From: Macrostomum lignano
Taxonomy: Eukaryota
Length of the DNA stretch: 64,000 nucleotides
NCBI GenBank assembly: GCA_002269645.1
Contig: NIVC01000184.1
Span: 62,001-126,000, forward strand
Reading direction: 5' to 3'
Part shown: positions 22,701-35,912 of the stretch, in pieces
Position numbering within the stretch: the first letter of the stretch is position 1
How the letters are laid out: every line of letters starts with the position of its first letter
Translations under genes and position numbers: made by a program
The notes under the pieces: generated by a model
Databases searched by the model: none
What the model was told of the DNA's origin: nothing
The model's input: only the letters and a program-made list of their open reading frames with translations

Positions 22701-25467
22701 TGGTGTTTCAGTGTGCGCATTATGTCTGGTTATCATATTATGTGCATGTGCAGTGTCTTTTACCTACATTTTTGTTTGTCTCTGTTTCCTGCATGCTCTT
22801 TCGCATTTTTACACCTCGCACATCCTCATTTTTCTCAATTAACAAGTGAAATCTTTTCTTAAAGACTAATTGCTATTTTAGTTAAGCTAGTAGGTTTTTG
22901 GTAATTAAATAATTCAATTTTGTCTATTTTCCAAAAAGTTTCAAAAAATGAATTAATTAAAATAAATTTGAATTATTATAAGTTAATTGGAGTAAAACGT
23001 CTAATAAGTAACTATAATTTTTTATTTTAAGTACATGTAGCTTTGGTATAAGTATTAATGTAATGAGTACTTAAAGTAAAATCAAGCAAGTTATAGTTTT
23101 CAGAAATTATGCTACAAATAATCAAATATATACTAGTATCCGAATTCCTTTATTAAGGAACATGCAGTCGATATTAAATCCACAATGTGCTTTTTGGTGT
23201 TCAAGGATAGTTCCCTGACTTTTTCTATTATTAGTTAGATTTTATTATATTTAATGTAAAAATGAACAATTCTATTCAAGGTAAAAATGAACATTCTTTA
23301 TTTGTCGAATCATCTTGCCTTTGAAAAGATACATAGTGAAAACTTGATTTTTAATTCAACCTTTCAAGACTTATTTAGACTTCTTAATTCAGTGATTAGT
23401 TAAACTGATCGAAGTTCTTTCGAGTGCATGCTATAATAATTTCGCACTTTTTCGCACACTGTAAAGTATTTTTATGTATCAATTAAATCTCCGCACTTTT
23501 TATGATGTGTCCGGCATTCTTAAATATTATTGTGTTGTTGTTTAGTTAGTAGTTATGAGAACTATTTCCGCGATTCTTACTGTACGTACTTTACTACTAT
23601 TGTTTTACTGTATGCTAATTCCTATCGTATTTCAAACGCGAATGCGCTGTGTTTTGGTGTTAATCTTCTGTGCGCTGTAGTAGTTGTAGTCGTAGGGTTG
23701 CATAGCCGTTCCAGAGTTCCAGTCGATCCAGTTTTAATTCAATAATAGATAAAGACATTATTTAGAATATATATTAATTACTTTGACTACATAGATTGTT
23801 CAGATACGAATACAAATATTTAATGAAAATGAATTAAGGCGCATTGCACCCACAAGCCAAGAACGCATTCGTTCATTCATCTGTCATCACAACGAAAATA
23901 AGGCGATTCTTTGAATTATTGGACTTCAAGAAACTTATTTTACAACACGATAATTTTAAATGTCTGGGATTTAGAGCAGAGTAACAAAATGCTGTGCTCA
24001 AAAACATTTCCTTTGTCAATTTCTTGTTCTTTTATTTTTGCAAAAGAAATTTAACTGCATATTTAAAATAAAAATGGAAGAAAATTTTATTTTCTCTTTA
24101 ATATTTTTGTCGTTTATTTTCCGCAACAAAGAATAACAAATAGCCTTGATTTCTTCTCAATTTCAAGTTTTCTTGTGGTTTTAGTAGCAGCTTCTTACAG
24201 AAATTGTCGAAAGAATTTTTTTTGTACGATTATTGGTCGATGCATAAACTTTTTTTGCAATAACAAAAAGTTGTGACCTAGCTTTGAGAACGACCCCTAT
24301 ATTTACTTAATTCGTCACATGCGTTTAAAGAATTATAATTTTTTAAATTTAGCATGCACTGTGTGTTACTGTAATATATTTTATATATTTATAATATATT
24401 GTAATATATTTTAGACATCTTTTAATCTGGCTAATCTAGTGACAGAAATTTCAATAAATTAATGTACTTGATATTTTGTTTAAATCAACAGGTATCTTAC
24501 ATTTTTAAATTCGAATACTCAAAGAAACAATATTTACTCTTCTGACTACTCTTCGATCTCACCTAATCCACGATCGAATCGACCTTACTAATGTTATTAT
24601 ATAATATAGTGTCGGCTGTCAATGTATGAATCGTATTTATTTTGATCAATTACAATGTAAGCTGGGGTTATGACTATTCAAGGGCAAGACTTATCCATCA
24701 AAGTACATATTTTATAAGTTAGACTTAGACTAGAGGTAGTATATTTAGGCCGACTAAATTAACATTTACTATATATATAGTTTTCCTAGTAAATTTGTGA
24801 TGTTCTTATAAGCATAAACCTATTAATTGACGTCTTTTGGTATGTTTTTATGTGCTAGATCATCAAACATCAAACCTAACAGATAGGCCTAACTTCAAAA
24901 TATAGAGGCCTGCACCTCTACATTTTTCCATTATAATATATATATCCTAATATATTTTATTATTTTGTCCGATCTTAACTTACTCAGTTCTAGATTGTTG
25001 CCCTTTTTAATCAAAACCCTCACTGATAAAATGTCACTGTAACTAATATCACTCAAGTTAAGAAGTTAAGAGTGGCAAGATAGATTTCTACTTGCAACCA
25101 CAACAGCTGTTATCAAATTAAGGGTCCTTTTTGTCATTAGGCCTAAAATGACTTGGGCTATACTGCAGAATCGTTTGTTAAATTATTTTCTCAACAGGAA
25201 TAACTTGCATCTTAACTCTTGAGTTTAGAATAATATAAGAAAATAACATTGAAATGACAAAATGAAAAATAGATGCTAAGTTAGTTTGTTATAGTCATGT
25301 CTTCATGTACTTTATGCATTTAGAATAGGTAATAGTGGACAACCCAGTACAAAAAGTACTGGGCAAATACTGGACAAAATTAATATCAACATGCATTTGA
25401 ATTCCCATAATAACATGTCTAAAATTCCAAAAATGATGTTTATTGGCATGCCATTAATAATTCTATG

Positions 25468-25765
25468 GGCAATGGCTAGAGTTCCAGCACCGGAACCCAT
25501 TTTCTATTGGCTACGGATCCGGCAGTGCCATTATAATATAGATGGAACATTATATTTTCCTTTCTACAGGTGGTTGATATTGAGATTTTGTTCTATTGAA
25601 TAGATTAAAATTTAAAGACAATATAATAAGATTTGGGACGAGATGCTTCTAATACTCAGACTTCTTTAGATATGTTCTTAGCAGTCTTTATATGCTTCTA
25701 TATGATACTGCCGGATCCTTAGCTGTTAGAAAACGGGTTCCGGTGCCGGAACTCTAGCCATTACC
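25468..25765. mobile_element. MITE, 298 bp, Merlin-like (or MULE-like)
   Basis: About 65-bp TIRs starting GG(C/T)AATGGCTAGAGTTCC; perfect 9-bp TSD AATTCTATG at 25459-25467 and 25766-25774. Confidence 0.85.
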
Positions 25766-26591
25766 AATTCTATGCCACATGGCATGGCATGAACTGCATT
25801 TTGAGAAAATATATCTATGGCCAAAATTATGGTATTCTTTCCTTTTACAATCTCCTTATATTTGTTCTATAGAACATAGTACTTTCGTTATATGCCATAT
25901 TGCAGATCATGTTATATGTATACCGGAAAGTATTTGGCTATCTAGTAAAGTGTACGCTAGTAAATTACATCAATTAAGTGGTCTAGTAAATTGTACACCA
26001 CTAAAAATTGCGTGAAGAAAAAGCTCATAACTAATACCACAAGCAGTAGTATGCATACACGTAGCAATTAATGGCTGCAAAAAATGAAGCATATATAAAT
26101 TTAAAAATAGAAATAATAAGTAAAACAAAATAGTTATATATACTATTGTTTTAGATATTGTTTTTCACTATTTATTGTTGAAAAACTAGATTTATTATTT
26201 AAAAAAATTAATTCATTGTCTTAAAATTAAAACTGAAATTAACTTTTACTACAACAAAGGATTGCTTAGTATAATTTACACAATTATGACACATACTTCA
26301 ATGCTTTTGTACAACGCACCACAAGCTTGAACATATATTTTTTAAAACTGTAAGCCAATGATTGTGCCAGAACGTTGTTTTTCCTCCTTGTATGCCAATA
26401 TGTATATTAGCTAAAGTATTTGTACGCCAGATATATGCCAGCTAAAGCATCTGTATGCCAGAATTTTCTAGCATATATTACACCTTCCACAATATAGGTT
26501 ATACAATTCCTTAATATAAAAGATAGGAGTCTTGTTTGCATATCACTAGAGTATGTTTAAAATGCAATTACCCTAACTAATCCTAAGCTAC

Positions 26592-27172
26592 GATTCTTAG
26601 CAAGAATAGGGACATATCTATATTCACTTTTGTTATATCATCATTCAAATGAAGGAAATGTATGGAAATGGATCGGATAGCAAAACTTGGGCTTTTCATT
26701 AATTTCGTGATACGATCCCCAAGTTGAAAATTTGTTTGCAGGGGATCGTGTACCTTGTCTAACCCCTTGTCTAGGCTACATGATGGAGATTCCACAAAAG
26801 TAAGTTGTATTTTTTTTGGAATCCCTCCTTTCTCTTTTTTTAAAACTCCCTTTCACTTTCGTTATACAATCCCTGACAGCATGAAACAATGTTGTCCGTA
26901 CTATAAGGGGATTGTAAAACAAAAGTGAGGGGGGTCAGGCATGGAATTATTAGATAGTATGAACTATCTTTACTTCATCTACAAGTGCAATACCTTGATT
27001 TCATTTTTGATATATAATCCCCTGCAAACAAATTTTCGACTTGGGGGATTGTATTACAAAATTGATGAAAAGCCCAAGTTTTGTTATCCAATCCCTTTGT
27101 ATACATTTTCTCCATTTAAATAATCATATAATGAAAGTGAATATAAAGACATCCCTACTCTTACCAAGAATC
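26592..27172. mobile_element. Foldback/MITE-like element with about 160-bp inverted arms
   Basis: 26592-26752 is the reverse complement of 27012-27172 at roughly 80% identity by eye; no TSD found. Confidence 0.65.
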
Positions 27173-27492
27173 TTGTCAAGGCTTTGTTTGATTGTCTCTT
27201 TTTGGTTGAACTCCACTTCAGATAGACATCAATTGAAACTGCCTTAATACAGTGCCTTTGACTCATGGATAATGTTTTGTCTGTTTTCTATTCTTTGACT
27301 GTATCTTTTACATATGGATCATATAATGAAAGTGCCTAGGAATGGGGATCATAAAATGAAAGAATGCCAAAATTACTGCATTGACTCTGCATTTTAAGAG
27401 AGATAGGCTTGGGGCTAGAAATGTTAGTTGTTAAGCTAAACATGTTGGGATCAAGTGCTCTTCACTTCAAAATGGCTAGATGACCTTTTGCC

Positions 27493-30400
27493 CAGTGGTC
27501 CCAGTAATTATGCCTATGATTTTTTGGGCCATGAAAAAAAAATTGTGCCAGAATTTGCACTGAGCAAAGCTTCAAAAGTTCAGAACATGCCAATGCTATT
27601 AGCTTGTATGATAATGCACTTTCATAGATGTGTATTCTTCATCTCAACATCAGGATGTATGGCGGCAGCGTTTAAAGCACTCACAACAGTAAAACATATT
27701 AAACAAATATTTCAAACAAATAAAATTCTAGTTATACGTTAGTTTTTAGCAGTAAGATGGTAAATCAAAGATGGTGCAATGTTACAATATAGTTAAAATG
27801 AAGGAGTAAGTTTTAATAAGATTGAATGCAGCAATAACAGAGAACAAGTATTCAATAGTGATAATTTATTTCCAGTTAGCACCAAGCCAGCACCATAGCA
27901 ACCTTCTGGCAAAAAGTGGCATTGATAAACCTTTCTGGGCGCTAAAAGTAGAAGTTTAAAAATTACAAAAAAAACATTTTTCTTTTCATCATTGTGGGAT
28001 CTTACTTAAACTTCAAGGTATGAAAGCAGCATCAAAAGTTGGCACAAATGTTTATCTATGTGGCACACATAGCGCCAACTGGCACACTTACAAAAAGATA
28101 TATATATCCAAGGGAAAACCCCTCATTGCTATGTTGCTGGCTTAGTGCTAACTAGAAGTAAGTGAATGTACCCTAATATAAAAAGTGAATATTAGTAAAA
28201 TAAAAGCATGCAGTCAGTCAAGTCAGCTAGAGATAAGGAAAATCATAGACACTTCGAGGTTTTGGGAAGCAATTTCACTAATGCAGAAGCCTCCAAACTG
28301 GCCATTGCCAGCTTGCATGCCTTTTGCTTTAGCACACTGTCAGTCACATGCTCTGTCTCATTCTCTTTGTGCCTCTGGAGTCTGTTGCGATCCTGTCGCA
28401 GCATCTCAATTTCTTGTTCTCATTTCTCCTTAGCTTTTTGAGCATCCAGCAGCAGCTGGTAGGTGACATCATTCTCCTTAAGTTTAGTCTCAATTTCTTT
28501 GTCCTTATCCTCCAAATTCTCATGCAGATTGAAAATGGCCTTACTGGCTTGCTTCTCGGCTCGGACTTCAATAGTAAGCAACTCTGTGAGCTCCTTTGCA
28601 TGGCGTGCCTCCTCAAAAGCTGCATCATCCTTTAGTCTTTGACAGTAGTTGGCGTAGGCACTGTTACATATATTGATCAGACTAGAAGTCACTGGCAGAG
28701 TAGCTGCAGTCCATTGTTGAGCTTGAAGGCAGGAACAAGCCACAACCAATGCCCTAACTGTTTCTGGTATCAAAACTCAGCATTTCTTTGTTACTGTGTC
28801 ACTCAAAGTACTAGACGCGCTCAATTTCCCCATTTCCATGAAAAAGGATTAGAAGTGCGCAAACAAGTCAAATCAGTAGAGGGCGCTTGTCCCCCACTGG
28901 CTTGAAAAGTCTTTGCCAGAATGTAACAATGTCAAAATCCGTATTAGCTGTAGAATCAATTTTGGTTTGATGCAGTCAAGCCTCTACTTCAAGAGAACCA
29001 ATGTCCGTGTCCTTGAAAATGCTCAGAAGACGACGCGCCAAGAACCGGATCAAGAATTTGGCAGGCTGAGAGAAAGGTGTTGTTAAACAGTAAGTATTTC
29101 TGAAGCTTCTGTGTACCAGCCTTGAAAAAGCACTTCATTGACTTGAATGATTTTTGTTAGTCATCTGCAGAGAGCTCAACAAAGAGTCGCTTGGCTGGAT
29201 TGCCCATTACACCATTGTATGGCAAAAGCCAAACAGTCAAATCGCCCAAGTTGGTCAGCTCATCTGTCCAGAACTTTTCTGGAAGTTTACTCAGCTTCAA
29301 AAACCGCCAAAGCCAATGCTTCATGAGATCCAAAATTAGGCTGTGCAGCAAATGGGTCTGAGTGCTCTTGCTTTGAAATAGAAGCTCAAACTCTTGAAGT
29401 GGCTTTAGGGCTTCTGCCAAAAAGGTGAAGAAGAACTTGGTCTTAGCATCGTGCAATGTTGCCTTGATTTTGGCAGAGCTTGGGTAATTTTTGGCCTTGC
29501 AGTCAAAGAATTTCGCCAATGGCTCATACAGGTAGAGAATGCATTCTACCACTGGCACTACCTGAAGCCAATGAGTGTTTACTGGCCAAAGAAATGCAAG
29601 ATGGCCATGAAGTTTGAAGAGAGGATATTGTCAAAATTGCTCTGCTCTGTATTCAAAAATTTGAAGTAACAGTAAATTTCTTTGACTAGGTCTTCGGTCT
29701 CAACACCCAGATCAGCAGCAGCATAGGCATACTTTGCAACGTTAGTGATGTGATGTAGAGAGCAGCTACCCAGGTCAATGACATTGGTCATTGGACAAAC
29801 CCTCATCATTTTTCAGCCACACTACAATGCCACTTTTGGAACCACCCATTGTATTATAACTGTCCGACATCACCATAAGACAATTTTCCTTAGCAAGACC
29901 TGATTGTGAAACTGCTTCCAAAATTGTCGTAGCTATCTGCTTGGCTGTAGTTGATTTCAATAGTAGCAGATCCATACAAACAACCTTCACATGGAAGGAA
30001 TCTTTTGGGAGATAGCGGGCAACAATGCCAAGGAACTTGACTCCCTTGTTGGCCTTGTCAACCTGCAGTGAAAAAAAGCTGGCTTCACAAATCTCAGTAA
30101 TAATAGACTCTCGGACATATGGAAATAGCGTATCAATCAACAAGTAGGAGACCTTAGTGACCCCAAGCTGCATCTGCGCTGGAATCTTGGAGTCCGGGCA
30201 AATTGCACACAAGTCATCAACAAGATCGTCTTCAGATTGAAAGCTATGCAACTTTAACACACTTCTAATAACACAGCAAATCTCAGCAGTCTTGGCTGCA
30301 CTTCCAGGAACAGGTGCAGCTCCTGTAGCTTCATCAGGGTCACGTGGAAGATACTGCACAGGAAGAAGTGCGCAGTTTTTCTTTGCTAGAGATACCTATC

Positions 30401-31214
30401 TGTGCTTTCTGGATTCAGAGTGGCTCTTTAAATTTGTTAGGCCACTGTGGCAAACAAAGTCCACATTGCACCAGTTGCAGTGGACTTTTTTCTGGCTGGG
30501 GTCGCATTGCCTTGCCCATAGTGAAATAATGTTTCTATTCTTGTCTGCTGTTTTAAGCCATTCGTCGCTCTAGGCAACATTTTTGGGTTTCATTGGTAAA
30601 TACAAGCTGAAAAATAGAACCAGAAAGATGATTATTAAGTTAACTTGAACATAATTTACATCTCATCTAGTCTAGGATTGTATAGACCAATGAATAGAAG
30701 AGCTATTGCTGAGACTAAGCTAAAAGATTCAGCATAAATAAAGTGAATATTTTCATATGGATAAATGCTTAAGAAGGCTTTATTCAAATTTCAACTGAGT
30801 TTTTACTTGAGTTCGAGCAGTTGCTCAAACTCAGATTCTAAGTTAAAACTCCTAAGCAATTGCTCAATTAGTTTATACAGCCATATATCTAGCTAGAATT
30901 GCTAAATATTATTGAGCAAGCAATTGCATCATTTTCACTTAACCTCATGTCAAACATGCGCCCATATACTAGGACATGGATAACAGTGATACATTGTTTC
31001 GTAGAGAAGTTCATAGAATGTACAATCACTTACTTTCATCATCACCCAGTCGCAAAAAATTGCGTAACAGCCACTAAAATTCAGGCCATTCAGTTGCAAA
31101 AAATTTGCGCCACTTAGAAAAAACTTGCACCACAGCAAAAAAAAACTTGCGCATTCATGCCACTTTGCTCAAAATTTGCGCCAGATGCAAATTTGTGCCA
31201 TCCTAGGACCACTG
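27493..31214 (-). mobile_element. hAT DNA transposon, 3722 bp, degenerate transposase
   Basis: TIR CAGTGGTCC(C/T)AG; perfect 8-bp TSD CTTTTGCC; minus-strand BED-like finger (CNWC...H..S.KH), FFSLQVD, MVMSD, CSLHH and HGNGEIERV dimerisation motif, with stops and frameshifts. Confidence 0.92.
28420..30590 (-). pseudogene. Disrupted hAT transposase
   Basis: Fragments in ORF track 29775..30359, 29579..29809, 29157..29558 and 28420..28773 fall in hAT domain order. Confidence 0.85.
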
Positions 31215-31917
31215 CTTTTGCCCCAACATGGATCATGCCACCCCAAGATGTTTGCCCAAAGTACATAAAGATGAATGCATAAAGTATGTGAAGATGACTA
31301 TAACAAAATTTGGTATCTAGTTTATGTTTTGTCATTTCAATGTTACTTTCTTACATCGTTATAAACTCAAGAGTTAAGATGCAAGTTATCCCCATTGAGA
31401 AAATAATTTACCAAACAATTTTACAGGGTAGCCACTTTTTGTTACTGAATTAATTGTCATTAAAATATTTTGTCACCAAAGTGACTATATCTAAAAAATG
31501 CACCACATGCACCAAGGACCTTATCTAATAGAAAAAACTTGGGTAGAAGCCATTGGCAAAAATGACAAATAGGATATGCCTAGCCTAGGCCCTATAAATC
31601 TCTTGGTAAATAAGTGTGAGTGCATTGTCAATAGCTGGAAAGCCAACAAGGGGCCCTAGGGGTTAGGAGACAATTGCTTAAATGCTATTTTGCTGCTTTT
31701 CTTTTTAGTAGCTTATATATAGTATATTATTCTATTGACTATTGTCATAGTGATATTCAATATTATAAAGACCCTATTGAATCAATGATATAAATGTAGG
31801 TATTGCCTAATGTTAGAATTGTGTGTATAAATATACATTGGAATGAAAATTGCTTCCCTAGCTGTTATATACCAATGTATACCAATAGACTTTTATTGCA
31901 TTTAAAATAGGCCTATG

Positions 31918-34900
31918 CAAGGACTACTTAATAGTAATATAATGCAGGACTCTTTTCTGCCCATTCAGTGTAATTTTTTTTGAAGGCTAGCTTGCCGGAG
32001 TATTTTTTAGAGAGAATAATTCCTATAGTATTTTTTAAAATGCTCAATAATTTTGTGTTTGCTATTCAGTCTATTTGAGAGTCTAATTTATTTAGCAAAA
32101 AGCAATTTATTATAGATATTGTTACCAGCAGGTAAAGGAAAATAAGAAGAAAATAAAAAAGGAATCAATGCAAAGAAATTGTTAAGTGTAAATATTGCAT
32201 AGCAGTTTTCATTATTTTTAAGATAGCACAGATAAGTAACAAAAGTATCAAACTATCAGATGGCAAATTAATTTAGCTAATTCAGTTTGAAGATAGCTTT
32301 TGTATCTTCTGTTGGCATGCTGCAGTTGTTTAGATTGTCCAAGTCCTTGTGTTGCTTTACCTAGCCTGAGAAAAAGGTGTTCACTAGGTGACAGGCAATT
32401 GGCAAGACACTTGAATGTGAATCCATTTGATTTGTAAGCAAAGCACAATACTCGGTGGATTCAATTGGCATATCCGCAGGCACTGAAGGATATGAAGATC
32501 ACAAATGCCAGTAAGGTAAAATCAAAAACCCCCTGTCTTGGAAACTTTAGCTTCCTACAAGAGACCATCATTGTAAATTGTAAACTTGCTGTCATTAGCT
32601 GTTGTTTGGGATGGCAATTCATCATTGACTTTGATGTTCTCATTGTAGCAGACATAGCTGGCCACATAGAACAGCACTTGCCGCTCAATCTCTGAGACAT
32701 TTTTGGTGTGACCATAAGCATCATCAATCCAAATAAGCTCTCCATCATCCAATACTGACATGTAGCAGCTTCCAGAAGCATGCAAAAGAGCTTCCACTAA
32801 AATCTCCAGCTTGTGAAACAGACAAAGATGCTGTACTTTTAGACTAGATAGCACTTGCTCCACAGATACAGATACAGATACAGTAGCAGCCTCCCAATAT
32901 TGTTACAGGCATTTCTAAAAAATAATCTGCAGATTAAAAAAATCCACAGAGTATATTTTTCATGAATTAGAAAGTTTAAAGATCCATTTTTAATCCTCAA
33001 AATACTTGTTCACAATATTATTAAAACCAATTTAAACAACGTCCTAATCAAGGAATCTAAATCCTAATGTATTCCGGGTCTCCTAAAGCAAAATGCTAAC
33101 AATATAAAATGAAGACAGTTGAAGAAAATTCGCACAATAAATTTTCCAAAAAATTCCAATGCTACTAACTCATGATCAAAGGATTTGATTACTTAACTAT
33201 CCAATTTATTGTTCTTGCATATAGTTAGTACATGGTCAGCACACTACATTGTCAACATAGAATTGAGAGCTTCTATATAAAAGTTTATGCATTGAGACAG
33301 CACATTAGCCCACATAGTACACAAATAGTCAAAACACTGTGTAAACAGTATATACAGTACAATCAATTTTTTGTTATAATAATAGTTGTAGAGTGTATTA
33401 GCCAGTATATACAGTAATTTGTTATAAACAAAGTCAGAAATTATTGTATAAAGAGGATAATTTTGGGGAGATAATAAATAAGTGCTTCTTTTCTTTTGCT
33501 AATATAGTAGTAGCTACTTCTGAGTTACCTGGAACATACTGCACGCATAGTTTGTCCTCCTCTAATAGCAGTTGATTTCGAGTTTTCAAATATTTATTAA
33601 GAGTTATTATAAAACATACTTATTTGCAAGAGCCAAGAGGATTGATTCTGTGCAAAAAAAGTATTCAGAGACTTGCAGATCGAACTTCAAAGTTGCTAGC
33701 TTGTTGTTGTTGCTCTGGATGTGGTTTGTTGTTAGGAAGCATGTCAGCAGACCCCGGAAAAGCTTACAAAGCTTGGGGTACATATTGTGAATAAGCACGG
33801 TTCTTTTTTGGAAGTATTTTTCAAACTTGTCAATCTCTAGGAGAACAGCTTGAAGAAAGCAGAGGTCAAACTCGACTTGGGTATCTTCTAGTGACTCACA
33901 AATCTGCTAAACTCTCTGATTGCGTAGCTCATCTGGCTTGTCACGGGGCAAGTCATGAAGGAAGTATCTATGCAAGCCAGGTAGTTGCTTGAGAAATGAG
34001 AATTCTTTCTACCACAGAAAGCAACTGGAGCCAGCGCATTTCAACATGGCAAAGAAGTCGATGTGAATCAATTTCTAATAGTTCTTGAACTTCCTTAATA
34101 CTTTTTTCACCTTGAAGTGTATAGGAAATACAAATGGAGATTGTCAGCAAGATGCTCAGCTTGATGGCCAAGTTTATCACAGGCAGCTCAAGCAGCATTC
34201 ACAACATGGTAGAGAGTGCAAGTCTTCATCTTTACTAGGTTTGGATATAGTTCGCGCATTCTAATGTGAAAGACATTATAATGGCCTGTCATGACTGATA
34301 GCCTATCATCAGCATGCTCTGATGATGGGCTTTGACTTGCGAGAAGAAGCTTGGTAGCTACCTTCAATGTCACTGGTTCGTATCATCTTTGCTGAGGTGG
34401 AACATCAAGAAGTGCTATTTGCTTGCTGATGCTGAGTAAAGAATACACCTTTACGCTTTCATGTTGTGGTTTTCTGCAACTGTTTCACTAATTTGCTTTT
34501 TGAACTTGTCAAGCAGCTGATGCACAGTTCTCCTCCAGAGTTCAATTTAAGTTTCGGAGCCAATGAACCTAAGGAAAGAGATAGGAGAGGGGAAAGAGAT
34601 AAGAGAGATTTTCTATTTGTGCTTTCCCTCAAATTATTAGGCTAGCTTCATAGATATCATAAATCATAAAAAGTTTCCTAGGTCCAATTGAATTAAAAAA
34701 TTTAAATATACTAAATCTCTAAGGTTTGTATGCTTGTGCATAACACTCTAGAGATTGCAATTCTTGACCAATTTTGATCGCATTTTCACCAAATAGACTG
34801 CTAAATATTCAGTTTATAGACTGCTATTTATTTCTGAACACAAAAATAGATCACAAAAGTACTTAATGTTTTTTAAACCCTTTCAGTCCTTCAATACTTA

Positions 34901-35912
34901 CCACTGCTTCTAACTGTGACCATTGCTCAAGATGGTGCTGATAGCCAAGAATATTGCGGACTACAATGAGTTCAATGGAAAGTTGATGGCTTGTAGTCAA
35001 ATTCATTGTTGTTTGCAGTTTAATAGTGAATGTAACTTTGTCTTCATCAGATATAAAGTGCAGATTTGCAAATTCTTCATTTGACTTTAATGTCAGGTCT
35101 CTTGATTTGGAGAAGTTGGGCAGTCCTGCAATAAGTTCTTTCCCGTCAACGATGCAATCAATCTTATTAAACTCATTGAGCTCATTTGCAATCTCATTTC
35201 TGGTTTTTATTATCACTTTTGTGGCATCAACTTGTCTGTCTGACAATGGTGCAGTCTGCTTCAAAAAGTTCTTTGAGGCATTAAAGATAGACATATGGTC
35301 TCTTGGTCGCCAAAAGTACTTAACTTTTATCATAATTGCATCTGCAGGCCAATGTCTTCGGCAAATTCTAGTGTTATCTGTTAGAGTGATAAAATTTGGC
35401 AGAGCTGATAACCGCCACTGACAAGACTCCGTATCCTTTGGGAGACTGTAGATGGGAACATAGGCCTTGGTTTGAAGCTTGCTATCATAATTGCCTTTAC
35501 AATTTCCAAGGCTGCATTTGAACACAATGTCTTGTTCTTCTTAGCAAAATATGATAATAAAAAATCATTGTTCCTTAGACAGGATCCAAGTTGCAACTCT
35601 TGTCTCTTAAATTTAACAGTATACACATGCATGTATGCAAAGCCTCTTGAATGAGTCATTTTATGTATGCTTTAGTTGTGAACCTGCACTGAGTGGCCAC
35701 CCAGAAAAGCCCAGTCAAATGTTAAAAAAAGAAAACAGAAAAAGTTAAAAAAACTGGGACTCTGATAGTTGGGGTGTTGGGCTTCAAAGTTTTCCTTCTC
35801 CAAAATATGAATCAGTTTTAAGACTCAGAGAAGCCAGCCTTCAAAAATGTTTACACTGAATGCTCAGACTAGCATCCTATAGTATATTACTATTAAGTAG
35901 TCGTAGTCCTTG
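31918..35912 (-). mobile_element. P-superfamily (THAP) DNA transposon, about 4.0 kb, internally rearranged
   Basis: Imperfect TIRs of about 80 bp starting CAAGGACTAC; GCCTATG direct repeat at 31911-31917 and 35913-35919; THAP C2CH domain in ORF 34863..35525; P-like C-terminus (GGC..ISVEQVL, LFYVASYV, RKLKFP) at about 32250-32910. Confidence 0.85.
33550..34550 (-). pseudogene. hAT-type catalytic-core fragment inside the P element
   Basis: DDRLSVMTG...ELYPNLVKMKTCTLYHVVNAA and HVEMRWLQLLSVVERIL are hAT core motifs; no TIRs of its own found. Confidence 0.7.
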
